Source: Chiloscyllium plagiosum (Eukaryota). From it: a DNA stretch of 64,000 nucleotides. Positions 24,943 through 38,164 of the stretch are shown here, piece after piece. The position numbers and the translations under genes were made by a program. The notes under the pieces were generated by a model. The model searched no databases. It saw only the letters and a program-made list of their open reading frames with translations, and was not told where the DNA came from. Numbering within the stretch: the first letter of the stretch is position 1; every line of letters starts with the position of its first letter. Where the stretch lies: contig NC_057724.1 in the NCBI RefSeq assembly GCF_004010195.1, forward strand, positions 44,140,624 to 44,204,623, given 5' to 3'.

Positions 24943-25863
24943 GTATGCAATGTGTTTGCCACACAAGCACTTGGCATGTACTTTAGGTGTTAGATTAATG
25001 TCCCAGTGTACCCATCATCAAGATGACTCCACCCCATCCCTCCTTGACTGATCCCTACTAACAAGCATAACATCCCAGCCTGTCTGTACAATAGACCATT
25101 TCAATAAGACAGTAGTGACAGCCTTTGATTCTGGTTAAAGAGCAAATGCACTACCAGGCAAGGCAACACAATGATCAATCTGTCATGTGCTTGCCCGAGT
25201 TTCCATATAATTTTTTTTTGACATCTAGCTTGTTTGATAAGATAGCAATCCAAATATTAAAGGAACAAGCTGGACCATCAACAAGACTTTAACAAGCAAC
25301 ATTAAGTTAATCAATCAGACTCACAATTTAATGCATTTGGGAGTGCTAGAAGCTAAATATAGATGTACGTAGGCCCTCGTTATATGTAGGTAAAAGGAAT
25401 GCATACAAACACTGCACCTTTATCAAAAAAAGTCTTGATTTCAGCCAATTGTCATTGCATCCCCATGGCAACCACCTGCCAATCAATCTACCTGCTTGGA
25501 GGATTAAAATTGACAGTTAAATGCTCTTGCTCTCCATTCCAGTGATTGACCAACCTATCGATGCCCATTTGTCATGCTTTATAAAACGATGTCTCTTCAA
25601 CCCTTAGCCCACCCTGTTCCATGTCCTTTTTTGATGAGTGCAAAATAAAAAGTTTAAAAAGTAATATTTTAGCAATGCTTAACCCGTGCACCACTAAGCA
25701 TTTATTTATGATCCTCTAGGTGGAGGTGGGTTTGTGGTTAATCATACGTTTGGAAACCAGTCCTTCATTGAAAAGGTTTTGAGAACCACTGGGGCTTTCA
25801 CAATATTCAGCAGAGTATATTTATCATCATTAAGTCTAACATGCTGGCAGTTTATGGAAACGT

Positions 25864-26184
25864 TTAGATTAGATTAGATTACTTAGTGTGGAAACAGGCC
25901 CTTCAGCCCAACAAGTCCACAACAACCCGCTGAAGCGCAACCCACCCAGACCCATTCCCCTATGTTTACCCCTTCACCTAACACTATGGGCAATTCAGCA
26001 TGACCAATTCACCTAACCTGCACATTTTTGGACTGAGGGAGGAAACCGGAGCACCCGGAGGAAACCCACGCAGACACGGGAAGAATGTGCAAACTCCACA
26101 CAGTCAGTCGCCTGTTGTGGAATTGAACCTGGGTCTCTGGTGCTGTGAGGCAGCAGTGCTAACCACTGTGCCACCGTGCTGCCC
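25864..26184 (-). mobile_element. HE1-type tRNA-derived V-SINE, full length
   Basis: Minus strand GGGCAGCACGGTGGCACAGTGGTTAGCACTG (A box), GGTTCAATTCC (B box), core GTGTGGAGTTTGCACATTCT, (AATCT)n tail. Confidence 0.88.
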
Positions 26185-26252
26185 ACAACGTGATAATGAT
26201 CCTAAAAAATTCATCTTGTTTTAAAATTCATCTTGTTTTAAAACGCATTCTG

Positions 26253-29200
26253 AGTAATCCAAGATGGAGGACAGGAAACATTTCTGGCTGTAACAGGCTG
26301 CTCCTTTTTAAAAGTATTTTAATTGTTGGAGGTGATTTCCTCAAATTCCAGGAGTCGCAATTACTGTTTTATATGCTGTTGCACTGTTTTGGAACTTTTG
26401 AGAAAAAAAGTCAAAAAAACACTTTTAAAAAGGAGAGGGACAGACAAAGGAAGCACATGGTGAGGTCAGTGCAGGAGAGAGAGAGTGAGAGAGAGAGCGA
26501 GAGCGTGAGAGAATGTCTTGGAAAACTAACAAACAGTGAAATTCACAACTGATCTTGAAGGACCTGTTTAGGAGAGGTCACAGCACAGAAACAGATAAGT
26601 GAATATTTTTAAATGTGGCCTGACAGTAAGTCTGCAGTAGTGAGCAGAGTGGGTTCTTTCTTAATTTTATGTTTTTATTGGGATATGTCTTTTGATTAAA
26701 CTTAAAAACATAATCCATAAGTATAAGTGGAGCAGTGTTTTGTAGAGCAATAAGACAGTGCTATTTTCTGGGTCTGTAAACTGAAAGAAGCAAAAATGGC
26801 CTTTAGTAGAGTGATACGTTCTTGGCAGATGTGGGAATTTAGGGACACTTTACATGTTACTGAGGATTATATCTGCAATAAATACCATTGGCTGCGAATC
26901 CTATCAGATCAAATGGATCAGTTGGAGTGACAATTAGAGGCAATAAGGAATTTACAAGAGCAAGGGGATGTGATGGATGGCAGTTATAGGAAGGGAGAAA
27001 GGTTACAGATACAGTCACATAGATGGGTTAATGCCAAGAAAGGTAAGAGAGGTAGGCAGGTAGTGCATGAGTCTTTTGTGGCTATCCACATTTCAAACAA
27101 GTATGCGGTTTTAGAAAATGTAGGGGTGATGGACACTCAGGGGATCATAGCATGAACAGTCAAGTTTCTGGTATTGAGACTGGCTCTAATGCAATGAGGA
27201 GTCATCAAGTTCAAAGAGATTCATTGTGTTAGGGGACTCCCAAGTCCAAGGCACAGACAGAAATCTCTGTGGCCAGCAGCGAAAAAGCAGAATGGTGTGT
27301 GGCATCTCTGGTGCCAGGATCAAGGATGTCTCTGGAAAGGTGCAGAATGTTCTCAAGGGGAAAGAAGGCCCTCCAGGAGGTCATTGTGCACATTGGAACC
27401 AATGACATAGGAAGGGAAAAGGTTGAGATTCTGAAGGGAGAATAGTGTGTTAGGCAGGAATTTGAAAAGGAGGTCCTCGAGAGGAGTAATATCTAGATTA
27501 CTCATGGTGCTTTGAGCTAGCGAGGGCAGGAATAGGAGGATAGAGCAGATGAATGCATGGCTGAGGAGCTGGTATATGGGAGAAGGATTCACATTTTTGG
27601 ATCATTGGAATCTCTTTTGGGGTACAAGTGACCTATACAAGGAGGATGGATTGCACCTGAATTGGAAGGGGACTAATATACTGGCAGGGAGATTTACTAG
27701 ACTTGCTTCGGAGGTTTAAAACTATTAAGTTGGGAGATTGGGGTGGGGAGGGGGAACCAGGGAGATAGTGAGGAAAGAGATCAATCTGAAACTGGTACAG
27801 CTGAGAACTGAAGTGAGTCAAACAGGCAGGAACAAAGCAGGAAACAAGGTAGGACTAATAAATTAAACTGCATTTATTTCAACGAAAGAGGCCTAACAGG
27901 GAAGGCAGATTAACTTAGAGCATGGTTAGAAACATGGGACTGGGATTCAGAAAGATGGCTCAGGGATGAACAGGACTGGCTGCTTAATGTTCCAGGATAC
28001 AAATGCTACAGGAACGACAGAAAGGGAGGCAAGAGAGGAGGGGGGTGACGGTTTTGATAAGTGATAGCATTACAGCTGTACTGTGGGAGGGTATTCCTGG
28101 AAATACATCCAGGGAAGTTATTTGGGTTAAACTGAGAAACAAGAAAGGGATGATCACCTTAATGAGCTTCTATTATAGACCCCTAGATCTCAGTTATTTG
28201 TAAGAATAATAGGGTGGTTATGGTAGGGGTTTTTAACTTTCCAAACATAACACTATGGCAGTCCCAGTGTAAGGGTTGAGATGGAGAGGAACGTGTTAAG
28301 TGTGTACAAGAACCTTTTCTGATTCAGAATGTGAATATACCTACTGGAGAAGGTGCAAACTTGACCTACTCTTGGGAAATAAGGCAGGGCAAGTGACTGA
28401 GGTGTCAGTGGGGGAGCACTTTGGGACCAGCGAACATAATTCTATTAGATTTTAAATAGTGATGGAAAAAGATAGACAAGACCTAAAAGTTGAAGTTCTA
28501 AATTGAAGGCAGGCTAATTTTGATGGTATTAGGCAAGAACTTTCAAAAGCTGATTGGGGGTAGATGTTCACAGGTAAAGGGGTGGCTAGAAAATGGGAAG
28601 CCTTCAGAAATGAGATAACGAGAATCCAGAGAAAGTATATTCCTGTCAGGGTGAAAGGAAAGGCTGGTAGGTATAGGGAATGCTGGATGACTAAAGAAAT
28701 TGAGGGTTTGGTTAAGAAAAATAAGGAAGCATATGTAAGGTATAGACAGGATAGATCAAGTGAATCTTTAGAAGTGTATAAAGGAAGTAGGAGCATACTT
28801 AAGAGGGAAATCAGGAGGGCAAAACGGAGACATGAGATAGCTTTGGCAAATAGAATTAAGGAGAATCCAAAGGGCTTTTACAAATGTATTAAGGACAAAA
28901 GGGTAACTAGGGAGAGAATAGGGCCCCTCAGCAAGGCGGCCTTTGTGTGGAGCCGCAGGAGATGGGGAAAGATACTAAAACACGTATTTTGCATCAGTGT
29001 TTACTATGGAAAATGACATGGAAGATACTGAATGTAGGAAAATAGATGCTGGCATCTTGAAAAATGTCCATATTACAGAGGAGGAAGTGTTGGATGTCTT
29101 GAAACACATAAAAGTGGATAAATCCCCAGGACCTGATCAGGTGTAGCCTAGAACTCTGTGGAAAGCTAGGGAAGTGATTGCTGGGCCTCTTGCTGAGATA

Positions 29201-30619
29201 TTTCTATCATCGATAGTCGCAGATGAGGTGCTGGAAGACTGGAGGTTGTCTAACATGGTGCCACTATTTAAAAAAGGTGTAATGACAAGCCAAAGAACTC
29301 TAAACCAGTGAGCCTAACCTGAGTGGTGGTCAAGTTGTTGGAGGGAATCCTAAGGGACAGGATGTACATATATTTGGAAACGCAAGGACTTATTTGGGAT
29401 AGTCAATATGGCTTTGTGAGACATGATTTCCCACACACAAACTTGATTGAGTTTTTTGAAGAAGTAACAGAGGATTGATGAGGGCAGAGTGGGGACATGA
29501 TCTATATGGACTTCAGTAAGGCGTTCGACAAAGTTAACCATGGGAGACTGGTTAGATCTCATGGAATACAGGGAGAACTGGTTCAAAGGTAGAAAACAGA
29601 GGGTGGTCATGGAGGGTTGTTTTTCAGATAGAGACCTGTGACCAGTGGAGTTCCACAAGGATCGGTAGTGGGTCCTCTACTTTTCATCATTTATATAAAT
29701 GTTTGAGAAGTGAACATAGGAGGTATAGTTAGTAAGTTTGCAGATGACACCAAAATTGGAGGTGTAGTGGACAGCAAAGGCAACCTCAGATTACAACAGG
29801 ATCATGATCGGATGGGCCAATGGGCTGAGAAGTGGCAGATGGAGTTTATTTTAAATAAATGCAAGGCGCTGCATTTTGGGAAAGCAAATCTTAGCAGGAC
29901 TTATACACTTAATGGTAAGGCCCTAGGGAGTGTTGCTGAACAAGCACCACAGGTTTATAGCTCCCTGAAAGTGGATTCACAGGTAGACAGGAGGTAAAGG
30001 TGGTATTTGGTATGCTTTCCTTTCTTGGTCAGAGTATTGAGTACAGGAGTTGGGAGGTCATGTTGCAACTGTACAGGACATTGGATAGGCCAGTTTGGAA
30101 CATTGCATGCAATTCTGATCTTCCTATCGGAAGGATGTTGTAAAACTTGAAAGGGTTCAGAAAATATCGACAAGGATGTTGCCAGGGTTGGAGGATTTGA
30201 GCTACAGGGAGAGGTTGAATAGGCTGGGGCTTTTTTCCTGGAGCGTGGAATGCTGAGAGGTGACCCTATAGAGGTTTATAAAATCATGAGGGACATGGAT
30301 AGGGTAAATAGATAAAGTCTTTTCCCTGAGGTGGGGGAGTCCAGAACTAAAGGACATAGGTTTACAGTGAGAGGGGAAAGATATGAGAGAGACCGAAGGG
30401 GCAACATTTTCAAGCAGAGGGTGGCATGTGAAGGGAATGAGCTGCCAGAGGTAGTAGTGGGGGCTGGTACAATTGCAACATTTAAATGGGTATATGAATA
30501 GGAAAGATTTGGGGCAGATGGGACTAGATTGGGTTGGGATTAGATTGGATTGGGATATCTGGTTGGCATGGACGAGTTAGAATGAAGGGTCTGTGTCCGT
30601 GCTGTACATCTCTATGACT
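26253..30619 (+). mobile_element. Near full-length decayed CR1 LINE: 5'UTR with (GA)n, esterase-type ORF1 from ~26796, APE+RT ORF2 ~27860-30510
   Basis: ORF1 motifs VLGDS, GARIKDV, VHIGTND; ORF2 start LNCIYFN, RT KFADDTKIGG; CTATGACT end; many stops and frameshifts. Confidence 0.9.
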
Positions 30620-31821
30620 AAGTGAAATTAAATACTTTGAGCTGTAAATGAATCTAATTTCTCCACTGTAAATTTACACATTGTATAACATTACAGTTCC
30701 CTGGTACATTGGGAAGTTGTGCAGATAAACATCAAGATTTCTTTCTGAATTGACAACAGCAGAGTTCTTTCACATGCCCAGTGTTAATCTCATTGAAAAT
30801 TGTGGTGACAGTGGACAGGCAATTCTCCCATAGGTCAGGCTGTAATAAATAGCACTTCAAAGATCTCCAATGCTGTCTGGTATATTTACTGGACTCCCCT
30901 ATGTTCACCTACCATTGGGAGGTAAATTGTGTTTTCCAGGAATCATACCCAACTGGAATGGCAAACCTCCCTGACCCTTGGTTAAGGGAGTGAATCTTTA
31001 CATTCCAAATGTGTATCTTTGCTGATGCCAAAGGAATCCTACACTTGTCCTCGTGAATACCTTCACTGGATCTACCTTTGTTCACTATCACACTGGCTAT
31101 TGGCTGTGCCAATGCAATGGGAACTCCTCCAGAGTGCCCACACCAGACTCCAACTCAATATCATCTTTACAATCAAAAGGGACAGGGAGAAGCTTCTCTA
31201 ACAAGGCAAGCTGGAAACCTCAGAGCAGAGATCGCAGTGCAACAATCATTCATAATCTTTTCAGGGCAACTCCAATGAGGATTACAAGCTTGTTTTTCAA
31301 CTTCAATGTTAATTGACTGTTCGACCAGGACTGGATTTAATTTTCATTGTGAAACTGAGGTCACAAGGCCAAAGGCCATAGAAGTAAAGCACAGTGAAGT
31401 CAATTATTGAATTTTAAAGCCTTGTTGTAGTAGGAAGGACCTTTGATAATTTTGACTGCAGAAGTGTTAAATGGGCAAAAGTGTTAAAACTATTTGCCAT
31501 TGCACTAAGTCAAACTTCTCTCCACTGGAGATGGAAAATACAAATAAAAGACTATAAAGAAGAGGTTAGAAGTTGACTGTGATTTGTCTTTGTTTTAAGA
31601 TATTGAACAATGCAGAGTAAAGAAAGCTGCATTCCTGGCTAATTTTATTTGCCTTTGACAGTTGGTAGGATTACTGTTGTCCCCATAGCACCACACAATC
31701 CAGATTTCCTCATTTAAGACAGATCTGGCTAAGAATGTTGCCAACTATATTATGGCAGGGTCAGGAAGCTCACTTAAAATAAGTAGTCAAAACATTTCAG
31801 ACATTTTAACCTGAAGTAATA

Positions 31822-31827
31822 TTTATT
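31822..31827 (-). promoter_or_regulatory. Candidate polyadenylation signal AATAAA
   Basis: Plus-strand tttatt; several upstream TGTA motifs (TGTACATA at 31941-31948) and U-rich sequence downstream; alternative AATAAA at 31644-31649. Confidence 0.55.
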
Positions 31828-32614
31828 AAAATGATCTGTACATTTGACAAATTGTCAAGAAAAATATAATTTTAATACAAGTCTTTTTTTAAAAAATCCA
31901 TACAAATGTTTCACATTGGACAGATTTTATAGAAACACAATATGTACAATTGGCAACAAAAACTCAACAAGATAAATACCTGAGATCAAAAATACTCAAT
32001 ATTAAATAGAACCTGTGCCATTCTACATCCCTCAAGGTCTTCCAATCCATGAATACTCAGTCACACATGTTCGTCCTACAGTAATGCGCTGGGCACTGGT
32101 AATATCCATTAATTTAACATACAAGAACTTGTGTTGTACATATGCATTCTTCATGTCCATTCTCTCAACATGAGAATACAATGCCTTAATAAACACAAAG
32201 GTAGAACTAGGTTGAGGGTTGATCTTCACATTTTTCCAATCTTTGATTGTAACGAATGGAAAATTATATAAAACGCATCTGTGATTTCCAAACTACTCTT
32301 AATGGATTAGGCTGTTCACCTAAAGCACAATCCTGTATAAGCAGTCCAGTAATGTTAGTCAAATAGCATACTCTCTGCCAACCCCACACACAAAGCCCAT
32401 TTTTTTTCCCAAACACCTTACTTGGAACAGTGAGCAATTTCAGAGGTCAGAGAAGGGAGTTTGGAATACAAGATATCAGGAATTGAAAAACTGATTTGAA
32501 AAAAATTGAAAAATATGATTCTGCCAGCATATTTGAAGCTTCTGCGAACCTTAAAATATTTTATGATGACCTATCTATCCGTCATTCCATCTCCTGATGA
32601 AATGATCTGTCTAA

Positions 32615-32790
32615 ATACTAAACACCGAATACTTGACAAATTCAGCAGTTTTGGCTGCATCTGTGGAGAGAGAAACAGTTAAGGTTTCATGTCCAGTATG
32701 ATTTTGGTACCCTGCCAGAGCTTCTGGGTTTCTCGAGCATTCTCTGTCCATTTCAGAGTTCCAGCATCTGCAGTATTTTGTCTTTAATTG
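32615..32790. mobile_element. Old inverted PLE-terminus relic inside the putative 3'UTR
   Basis: gcatctgtggagagagaaacagttaaggtttc is similar to 17270-17305; followed by opposite-orientation ccagcatctgcagtattttg. Confidence 0.65.
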
Positions 32791-35700
32791 CATTAATTCA
32801 CTTTTGGGAACCAGAGACAATTCCAGAATATTTAACTATTTATACAACATCATGTCTCTTTATAATTATATTTCTTGGTTTGACAGATCAATGATTCTTA
32901 CAGTTTGCAAGGCTTTTTGACAGAACTTAACATTTGATCAAAAGATGATGGTACGTACTTTGAGACTCCATCCAAATCCTTATGCTAGGCTCACTAGTGA
33001 TTTTTTTTTAAGCAACACTTCTGTTCATGAAGATATATAGTTTTTGCAGTTGGTTGCTGTAATACATCTGGATTGCAGATCTTTTATCCTCACAGCACAC
33101 ATTGTTTTGATTACTTCTTTCCTTTCCCACATCCTTCCTCTTCCAGCTTCCTATGACTAGCACATTTCATCCTTTAAAAGTGAGTATACCTTTCTTTCAA
33201 CACAGATTAAAAACCTCTCTACCGTACTCAAAAGATCAACTTTGTTGATCTTGCGATGCGTTTGGTCATTTTGTAGCTCATTAGATGCATCACAAGATTC
33301 AGTCAATTTAAGAATTGCTATAAAATGCTCATTTTTCACATTTTCTGTCACAACACAGCTCAACTACTTGTCAGATTTCTTTTACTCGAGGCCTGAAGGT
33401 CAACTATATTCAATTTTTAAGAAAATCACATCTACAAAAGTCTTTTGACAGTGATTAAAATTCTATAACAGCCCCCAATTTTATTCTTGTGATTAAGCAA
33501 AAATTTCACAATAAGTGGTATGTGGAAGAAATAGAAAGGTGAAATGTGGCAATTGAAAAGTTAAGATTCCTGGCAGGGATATTTAATTTTGCTTCCTTAT
33601 TTAACAATTTAAACGTGACGCTGTTTCACCTATAGTTCAATAAAATTCAAGCAAGAGTCCATTCAAACTCTAAAATAAAACAATTTCTTCTAATCTCTAA
33701 AAATTGGGATTGTAACGATCAACTAAATTGGATTTATTAATTGAAGATATGACCACGCCAGCTTTTAAAAGAATCTGATAGCTAAAATATGGTCACCAAC
33801 TTCTCCTTCAACAAGGCTCCTTCAAATCAAAAGAAAGAGTTAAACAATGCAGATATATGAATCATAGACAAAGCTAACAGTATTTAAAGTTTTGCTATGC
33901 AAAAAAGTGTGACTGAATATAATGTAACAACTAGCAGTTAATGTTAAATATCAGCATTCCAGCCAAATTACCATTCCACTTTGAAAGCTGAAGAATTGTT
34001 CAATTTATGGCAATCAGGCCAACTGAGAATGCTGGACCAGAGATGCAACTACTAACAGAGCTCGAGAGCAACACAATCTATACATCAAAACCATGCAAAT
34101 ACAAATGCCAATTTATTTCTAATATTACAGTGACCAGCAGCAAGTAGGCTGAAATCAAAGCACCAGGTAATGACAAGTATCTACTTTGACCATAAATAGC
34201 ATTGTGCAAAAGAAAATACGAATACTCCAACGTGCACCAATTTAAATTAAATGCATTCACTCATTTGTAGTTCAAAGGGTTGTTTAAGTTTTAAACTGCA
34301 TTTTTTCAAAAACAAACTATATGGGACTTTTTTTTATATCTATTAATTAAATTGTATTTTTACTAAATGAAATTGAGGTTTATTACCAGAATACCCAAGA
34401 TAAACATAATCAGTAATGTTCATATACTGGCATAACCACTGGGTTAGGTAGCCAATCAACCAAGATGCATCAAGCTCTTCCCTTGCACGGTGCTAAAAGT
34501 CCTCAAACAAAATTAATACACAAACTGCCATATTACAAGGATTGTATCATGGAAAATAATATTAAATTGGAACTATAAGGGTGTTAAGCCAGCACTGGGA
34601 TGCTAAAACTGTCATCTCAAAGACCTAGAGTGGAATGACCTATCCAAACTACTTAAAATAAAATTTGGATAATTAAAATAACAAATTCAAAGCAGAGAAA
34701 TAAGAAGAGGGCAATCGCACAGACGTTCCATCAATGCCCTCTTATGAAAGGCATCCAGAGCATTGCAAAAGAATGGAGTAGGTCTACGGTTGCCATCTCT
34801 GGTCAGATATATTTCTGCAGATTCATCATGACCGCTCTGGTCAAAATGTAGCCCTGCACTCCCTTACAGCATCTTCTCACAGCCAATTGGAAAGGGAACA
34901 AACTAGATTCATTAGATTGCCAATGAGACAGTCTTCCTCCGATTTCCAGCTCCAAGATTGTTTTATGTAAATAAGACAAGAAATTGTCTATATAAATGCT
35001 AGGTATTTGCACAGTACAAGGATCTTATTTGTGCAGCAAGTCAATGTAGTACGCTACAAGAGTATACAAGATCAGGTATGAGCATGAAGTTTAATAAAAT
35101 AACCTCAAATGGTTTAAATGTTTATTCTTGCTACAGAAAGAACCTATTTGCAGGCCAGTCAGCAGCAACCCACACAACTTCCTAAAAACACCATTCCACT
35201 TCAGTTCCACAACCAAGTCACACATGCTCCCATCAACATCCCCAGCACTTCCCCATACACAGTAAACACTTCTCTGAAAGTTAACAATCATACACCTCTC
35301 ATTTCCTTATTCCATTGTTTAAGGGTCTCGACCCCATAATTCCAAGACATTTCCTTGCATTTATCTTTCCTGCTAGTTGAATGTGTTGGTTGACAATATC
35401 ACAGTGAACAGATTTAGACATTTTGCTCTTTTGGGCTGGTTTACTTTCAACAAATTGAGATAACCCCTTTCTTTACCCCAGATCTATGGGTGCAAGAATG
35501 TCACAGCAGTTAATGAATTAAAGCCATACAAAAGATTAAAACCAAGACACTGGACAGAAGAACAATGTCATTTTTAATGTATCTCACCAACTCATTAGTG
35601 TGTTACTGCTAAAATCTAATTATCAAATAACAATTACTTATTGAGTCCCACGTCAGGAATGATATCTTTACACAAAGCATGGTGGTAACCAGGATACCGG

Positions 35701-35911
35701 ACACATTAAACCAACAGTTGGGTACTATGAAGGGATGACAGAAAGTCTGGTATATTGTAAATATAATGCTGAATGGGCTGAAGATCCATCTTCATCTGGA
35801 CCTCTCGTGATGCATCTTGTCCAGTTAGATTAGATAGAAGACACAGATTAGTGACAGTTGTGAAGAGGGAATATTCATTAAATACAATTTTCTCTTGCTT
35901 GCAGTATTAGC

Positions 35912-36026
35912 TCATTGCAGATGTAGACCTCGTGAGTTTGGTGGCAGGAAGGAATCCCGTATCCTCGCAACTTCTACTGCGCAGAGGTACCCAGAGACCT
36001 TGTTATACCATTCTGGAGTCCGACCC
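35912..36026 (-). CDS. STARD8: STARD8-like terminal coding exon
   Basis: Acceptor tatctgtcAG|G; GRTPEWYNKVSGYLCAVEVARIRDSFLPPNSRGLHLQ then TGA at 35912-35914. Confidence 0.9.
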
Positions 36027-36129
36027 CTGACAGATAAAAAGAAAATAGAAACAGAAGAAAAGTCAACAACAAGAAAAAGAAAAATATTCAGCCCGTATAG
36101 ATGCAATGGTAAAGGCGGCATAAGAATGC

Positions 36130-36685
36130 CTCTTCTTCCTCAGACAGCTCGGGAAATTCAGGCATGTTCATAAGGACCCTCACCAACTTTTACAGATACA
36201 CCATAGAAAGCATACTGACTGGGTGAATAATGGCCTGGTATGGCAACCACTCTGCCCAGGAACTAAAACGACAGAAGGTTGTGTGCACAGCCCAGATCAT
36301 CACTGAAGCCAACCTCCTATCCACGGATTCCATTTACCCAGACCATTCCCCTGGAAAGACTTTCATCAAAAGACCTATCCCACCCCAGTAAAGCTCTTCT
36401 ATAACCTGTATCAGGCAGAAGATACAGAGGCTTGAACACACGCATGTTCAACAACAGCTACTCCCCTGCCATTATTAGACTGATGAATGGACTCTCGAAC
36501 TTCAAATAACGTTGATCTTGCTAAATGTTGATCTCGCCCAGCACACCCCTTGTGCGACGTAGTTTGTATGCCTGTCAAATTTTTTTCCATCCTATGATCT
36601 GTATGTCTTTGCTATGATCTGCCTGTACTGCTCGTAAACAATGCTTTTCACTGTACTTATGTACACGTGACAATAAACCAAATCA
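36130..36685 (+). mobile_element. Rex1/Babar-like LINE 3' fragment in the last intron
   Basis: Translates as FLRQLGKF..RTLTNFYRYTIESILTG*IMAWYGN (typical Rex1/Babar C-terminal motif); ends tgacaataaaccaaatca. Confidence 0.75.
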
Positions 36686-37262
36686 GTAACATAACTCTCC
36701 CAATATAATATTCAGCTTGATTTGAAACATCTCTAATCGCTGTCACTGCTACTCCAAACAAGTGATTCTAAACGTTTGTGTAAAGGTGTACTTACTTGAA
36801 ATGAAAGGAATTAAACATTCCTATACCATGAAAAGGTCCATATCAAACTCCATCTTTGTAGAATACAATGTACTTTATGCAATACAATACAATACACAGA
36901 TCAAAACAGAAGCTGCTTGATTCAGCAGCTGACTGGAGTGGAATATTCATGAGAAGTGTTTGATGACCCATACCCAAGAAGAAAAATGATCTTAACAGGA
37001 GACAAATATCTCAGAATTTAATTCAAAATTAGACTTTGAGGTTTTTAGTTGATTACAATAGCTGTTAGAGACAGTGCATCTTTCACTCCATTTAGTACCC
37101 ATGAGAATTCTTGAAGCTTAACCAACTAATGCACTTGGATCTGCATGAAGGGTAACCCCAGTGCCTAAGAATGAGAGCCACCAGGACAGCTCTCTCTCGA
37201 TTGATGCTCACGTTCCTGCATAGTTTAATCTCAGAATGGAAGGAACAATGTGAAACACAAAC

Positions 37263-37439
37263 CTCAGGTCTGTCCTGGAGATGTATGTGAGTCTAGACCG
37301 GCCTGGGCCGCAAGCTTCAACCACGTACTGCGAGTTCAGGACTACTGCTCTCACACCACCTTCCAGGGGCACTGCATCATGCTCAACAGAAACTGCTACC
37401 AGAATGCATGCTTCTTTCAGTAATTCAGTCCGCCATGCC
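37263..37439 (-). CDS. STARD8: STARD8-like exon, START domain (absent from the ORF track)
   Basis: Read by hand. Acceptor ctgatgtAG|G, donor AG|GTTTG; 177 bp; AWRTELLKEACILVAVSVEHDAVPLEGGVRAVVLNSQYVVEACGPGRSRLTYISRTDL(R). Confidence 0.92.
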
Positions 37440-38164
37440 CTACATCAGAGATAAAACAAAAAGTACATTGTGACAGTGGATTGGACATTGCTATGCTAAC
37501 TATAAAAATTTGACACAAAGTAAAGGCACAAAAGTAAACTGTTGTCACTGATAGTAAAGACCACTCAAAGGAAGCTTGGTGCTTACTGAGAATGCACCAA
37601 CATGTTGCAATAAGTGGTAAAAATCATTGAATAACAAAGAACCGTGACACACCACACCTGAGTGAGTGTGGACTGAGTCAATGCCAATTGGAGTAGCTAT
37701 TAAGAAAATACACATTATAATTTGTTATTACATTAATCAAATCCAACAGGATTGGAATGTTTCTGAATATACAAGTATATTCACAATAGTTGCCAGGCAA
37801 TAAGTTTATGATGAATTAAATGAAATGGGAAGTATCCTAATTTGTTATGCCTTTAATTTGTAACTTAATCTTGATGGTACCAGTAGATAGCCATTGGTGG
37901 CACCAATAGTAAATAAGAGGTACATGGGGCAGATTTTCACACTTCTCCACTTGGTATACTAAATTATTTTTAAAGCCAGCCACAAAGACGTGCACGTTCA
38001 TAGAAAGAAGTCTGCCTAATATTCAAATCAGTAATTTTAGTGTGAGGATTTCAGAATAGATTTTTAAATGTGATGTGCCCAATCAAAATATACTTGGAGA
38101 GAAACAAAAATCTGTAGAATGGGCTTTTAAAGTAAGTATCAAATGTGTCTTTGATTGTCAAGAA

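Larger units (their letters stand above)
31800..35911 (-). other. STARD8: Probable long 3'UTR of the STARD8-like gene
   Basis: AT-rich, almost repeat-free 4 kb directly after the stop codon, contrasting with repeat-dense flanks; ends at an AATAAA preceded by UGUA motifs. The extent is inferred. Confidence 0.6.

Noticed and set aside
25600-25700. Additional hammerhead (ttgatgagtgcaaaataaaaag)
   Set aside because: The core is too degenerate (no CUGA, no GAAA, no stem II); possibly an old PLE end but unsupported.
35825-35914. Stop-codon readthrough or frameshift restoring a PDZ motif
   Set aside because: The TGA-G context is not the CUAG readthrough type, and neither the in-frame extension nor the shifted frame (LQARENCI*) gives ETKL.
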